Origin: Chloroflexota bacterium
GTDB lineage: Bacteria; Chloroflexota; Chloroflexia; QHBQ01
Direction: 5' to 3'
DNA length: 64,000 nucleotides
NCBI GenBank assembly: GCA_025355955.1
Contig: JANXYP010000346.1
Span: forward strand, 3,945 to 67,944
Below, piece after piece: positions 61,680 through 64,000 of this stretch. The notes beneath the pieces are model-generated. The model made no database searches and had not been told where the DNA came from. It saw nothing but the letters and a program-made list of their open reading frames with translations. The translations under genes were made by a program, and so were the position numbers. Each line of letters starts with the position of its first letter. Position 1 is the first letter of the stretch.

Positions 61680-62297
61680 TCAAGCGTCTTCCTTCACTGG
61701 CGTGGGATAAATGAACAATCCGATGGTGTATTGGTGCTTACCCGCTTCATCCGACTTGCCCGACTTGCGGGCATCCTCTAGCATATTGGTAATGAATGAG
61801 TGTAGCTCCTTGACCTGCTCATCGGTGAGGTAGAACTGTTCGCCGACATCAAAACTGACCATCGGTGCGGCGTTTGTGGTGGCCTCATCCGCGTCGCCTG
61901 CGCCTTCCTCAGCGCGGATCCGCTGATCGGTTACGCTAATAAACTCGTCGCGCACACGGCTGACCAGCGCAACGTGATGCGGCACCTCCTGTTTATCCTG
62001 GATACGTAGCAGGCTGGGGTCTGGCTCGAATACCCTGGCGATGGCGCGATAGTATTTCTCGACCACCCCGCCCTTCTCCTGCTTGTGTACCAGGTGGATG
62101 AGGCCGAGGCGCGCCAGCTCGCGCACATGGTAGTGAACCTTGCCAGGCACGTCACCAATGCGGTCGGCCAACATCTTGGTGGTGGCTGGTGCGGCCTGTA
62201 GCATCCGCAGGATGTTGAGGCGGTAGGGGTCGGCAATCACGCGCAGCTGATCCAGGCTGGTCAGGGTGATGCGCTCGGCAATGTTGTCTTCGTCCAT
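61680..62297 (-). CDS. ArsR-family winged-helix transcriptional regulator with a C-terminal extension
   Basis: 205 aa. LRVIADPYRLNILRMLQAAPATTKMLADRIGDVPGKVHYHVRELARLGLI is a typical ArsR/SmtB-type HTH. Confidence 0.75.
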   Translation of the reverse strand: MDEDNIAERITLTSLDQLRVIADPYRLNILRMLQAAPATTKMLADRIGDVPGKVHYHVRELARLGLIHLVHKQEKGGVVEKYYRAIARVFEPDPSLLRIQDKQEVPHHVALVSRVRDEFISVTDQRIRAEEGAGDADEATTNAAPMVSFDVGEQFYLTDEQVKELHSFITNMLEDARKSGKSDEAGKHQYTIGLFIYPTPVKEDA

Positions 62298-62473
62298 TGT
62301 CTCTCTCCGTTATTTTTATCGCGTTCTGGAAAATTATATCACGGGCGCGGATTTTTGTAAAGATGTTTGTAAGGGCGAACCGTTGTTCGCCCTTAATGAG
62401 TTTTGACCACCAAAACCGGTAATGAAGAATCTGTAGTGGCGGGCTGCACTTGACCCTTGGCATCAAACTAATA

Positions 62474-62542
62474 CCAATTAGCGATGGTGCCGCTATAGAT
62501 TAAGCCACGGCGAACAACGGTTCGCCCCTACAGAAATACAGC
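62474..62542. repeat. 69-bp dispersed element containing a REP hairpin (copy 2)
   Basis: CCAATTAGCGATGGTGCCGCTATAGATTAAGCCACGGCGAACAACGGTTCGCCCCTACAGAAATACAGC. Confidence 0.7.
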
Positions 62543-62646
62543 GTAGCCCTCGCTATTTGCTATAGCACGGCGCATCCCTGCTCGTGTCTGAGAAACAGCA
62601 AAATGGGGTTGGTAATCGGCATTATCTTGCTGCCTGACCAACCCTA

Positions 62647-62667
62647 TTCTACCTTCTGCCTTCTACT
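62647..62667 (-). repeat. Heptamer array (minus strand AGTAGAA/GGCAGAA/GGTAGAA) x3 after the stop of the SLH protein gene
   Basis: It starts 6 nt downstream (on the minus strand) of TAA 62675-62673. TAG recurs. Confidence 0.8.
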
Positions 62668-62672
62668 TCGCC

Positions 62673-64000
62673 TTACGGGGTAGTTACGCCTTTGTACACA
62701 ATCTGGGCCATCTCGTCGCGGCGGATACTCTGGTTGGGGCGGAAAGAGCGGTCGGGATAGCCGTTGATCACTCCCTTGTAGTGGGCAGTCTCGATTGAGA
62801 CAAAGAAGACGTTGGCAGGCAGCACGTCAGTGAAGCTCGGCTGCCCGCCAGTGGGGGTGAAGGAGGGATAGTGGGCGGCATTAACTACCAGCTTGGTCAA
62901 TTGCCCGCGGGTGATGGCGAGGTTGGGGAGATAGCAGGGGAAGGTTGCGCCGTGCGTGATGCAGCTATTCGAGTCGAAGCCGCTGAGGATGCCAGCGTGG
63001 AAACCCGATTCGATGTATAGATAGGCGAAGTAGCTGGCTGGCACATCGCTGAAGTCGGGCGAACTGGGAGTATAGAATGGGGTGCCGAAGCCGAGTATCA
63101 CCACTTTGGCAAACTGACCGCGGGTCGACGTGCCGCCCGGTGAGTAGTGAGCGGCATCAATGCCGTTGATCACCCCATGGCAGTTGAGGTAGTGGATTGC
63201 CCCGTAAAAGATGTTGCCTTGAATATCTACAAACGGGTTAGGGCAATCGGTCGGTGTGATGGTTGCGGGCGCGGGCGTGTTGGTGGCTGACACCGGGGTG
63301 CTGGTGGCTAGCATTGGCGTGCTGGTCGCGGCGGACGGCGTGCTGGTCATTGGCATCGGCGTGCTGGTCGCTGGCATCGGCGTGTTGGTGGCTGGCAGCG
63401 GGGTGGCAGTGGGGCCGCCGGGGGTCTGGGTTGGTGGCACCGCCGTGCTGGTGGCTGGCATTGGCGTGCTGGTCGCGGCGGGCGGCGTGTTGGTGACACC
63501 TGCTGGTGTACTGGTCGGCGTATTCGTCAGCGGTGCAGGTGTACTGGTTGGTGTGTTCGTCGCGCTTGGTAGGGGCGTATCGGTTGGCGTGTTCGTCGGT
63601 GGCGCAGGTGTAGAGGTTGGCGTGCTAGTGCGCGTTGGCGTAGCGGTGGGAGTGACCGTGCTGCAGGGGTCGCTGTAATGCTGGGTCATTGTATGGCTAT
63701 CGTCACCGACTGTCCAGATGTCATTGACCCCTACTGCAGCCGTTCCCCAGGAGGTGGAGTTGTGGGCGACCGGGCCGTTGGGGATAGGAACAATGCTCCA
63801 GACGCTACCGTTCCAGTGTTCGCTAAACGGCACCCAATCAGCCACTGTCGCCCCGGTGTAACCGTTAGCCCAGATGTCGTTAGCGGCGGCGGCGGCAACC
63901 CCATGTAGAACGCTATCACCGGCCGGGCCGTTGGGACTGGGGATGACGCTCCAGACGCTGCCGTTCCAATGCTCGACCAGGGTTTGCATTGGGCCGCCGT
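62673..64000 (-). CDS. Secreted protein with EHWNGS.WS..P.PNGP repeats, a Pro/Thr linker and three C-terminal SLH domains (N-terminus beyond the right window edge)
   Basis: SLH-like units begin FVDI, FSDVP and FTDV, followed by (S/T)RGQ motifs (TSTRGQFAKVV, ITRGQLTKLV). The frame stays open upstream of the track ATG 63989 (...GGPMQTL), so the gene continues past 64000. Confidence 0.75.
   Translation of the reverse strand, partial: GGPMQTLVEHWNGSVWSVIPSPNGPAGDSVLHGVAAAAANDIWANGYTGATVADWVPFSEHWNGSVWSIVPIPNGPVAHNSTSWGTAAVGVNDIWTVGDDSHTMTQHYSDPCSTVTPTATPTRTSTPTSTPAPPTNTPTDTPLPSATNTPTSTPAPLTNTPTSTPAGVTNTPPAATSTPMPATSTAVPPTQTPGGPTATPLPATNTPMPATSTPMPMTSTPSAATSTPMLATSTPVSATNTPAPATITPTDCPNPFVDIQGNIFYGAIHYLNCHGVINGIDAAHYSPGGTSTRGQFAKVVILGFGTPFYTPSSPDFSDVPASYFAYLYIESGFHAGILSGFDSNSCITHGATFPCYLPNLAITRGQLTKLVVNAAHYPSFTPTGGQPSFTDVLPANVFFVSIETAHYKGVINGYPDRSFRPNQSIRRDEMAQIVYKGVTTP

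Noticed and set aside
1-64000. Mobile genetic element, prophage or integrative island
   Set aside because: No integrase, transposase, recombinase, phage structural gene or tRNA attachment site was seen. The AT-richer islets (higBA, PIN pair) are too small and lack mobility genes, so I only note them as possibly acquired.

Overview
This is a GC-rich bacterial chromosomal segment (about 60% GC by eye) with about 54 protein genes. I found no rRNA, tRNA, CRISPR array, transposase or integrase. The gene content includes an LLM-class oxidoreductase, SLH-domain proteins and three ECF sigma-type regulators. The intergenic regions are dense with repeats. Together these suggest a filamentous Chloroflexota-type genome, but that is inference only.

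Recognisable housekeeping genes are acyP, tgt, a cold-shock protein, a CDF transporter, prfB (with its programmed +1 frameshift), azlCD, ridA and dtd. Accessory content:
- an orphan beta-class DNA methyltransferase
- a tandemly duplicated higBA pair
- a class II Fic protein
- a PIN toxin on an AT-richer islet
- an ABC-2 exporter
- several secreted propeller proteins (BNR, Kelch, TolB-like) that share an LGFP-like repeat module

Three observations stand out.
1. A seven-gene operon (50.25-59.5 kb) bounded by a promoter and a terminator. It encodes four small membrane proteins, a zinc-ribbon protein with ten PxWL motifs, an actin-fold (GlmL-like) ATPase carrying the same motif, and a barrel/KOW-like protein. 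I can name no function for it.
2. An apparently autoregulated ECF sigma/ZAS anti-sigma unit (36.4-41.3 kb). A bipartite promoter motif recurs upstream of the sigma gene and of two paralogous secreted His/Cys/Pro/Thr tandem-repeat proteins.
3. Seventeen heptanucleotide tandem arrays. Eleven sit exactly at gene 3' ends in the orientation that puts stop codons in all three frames.

Many long ORFs in the track are antisense shadows or have N-terminal extensions that read through repeats. I re-called those starts by hand.
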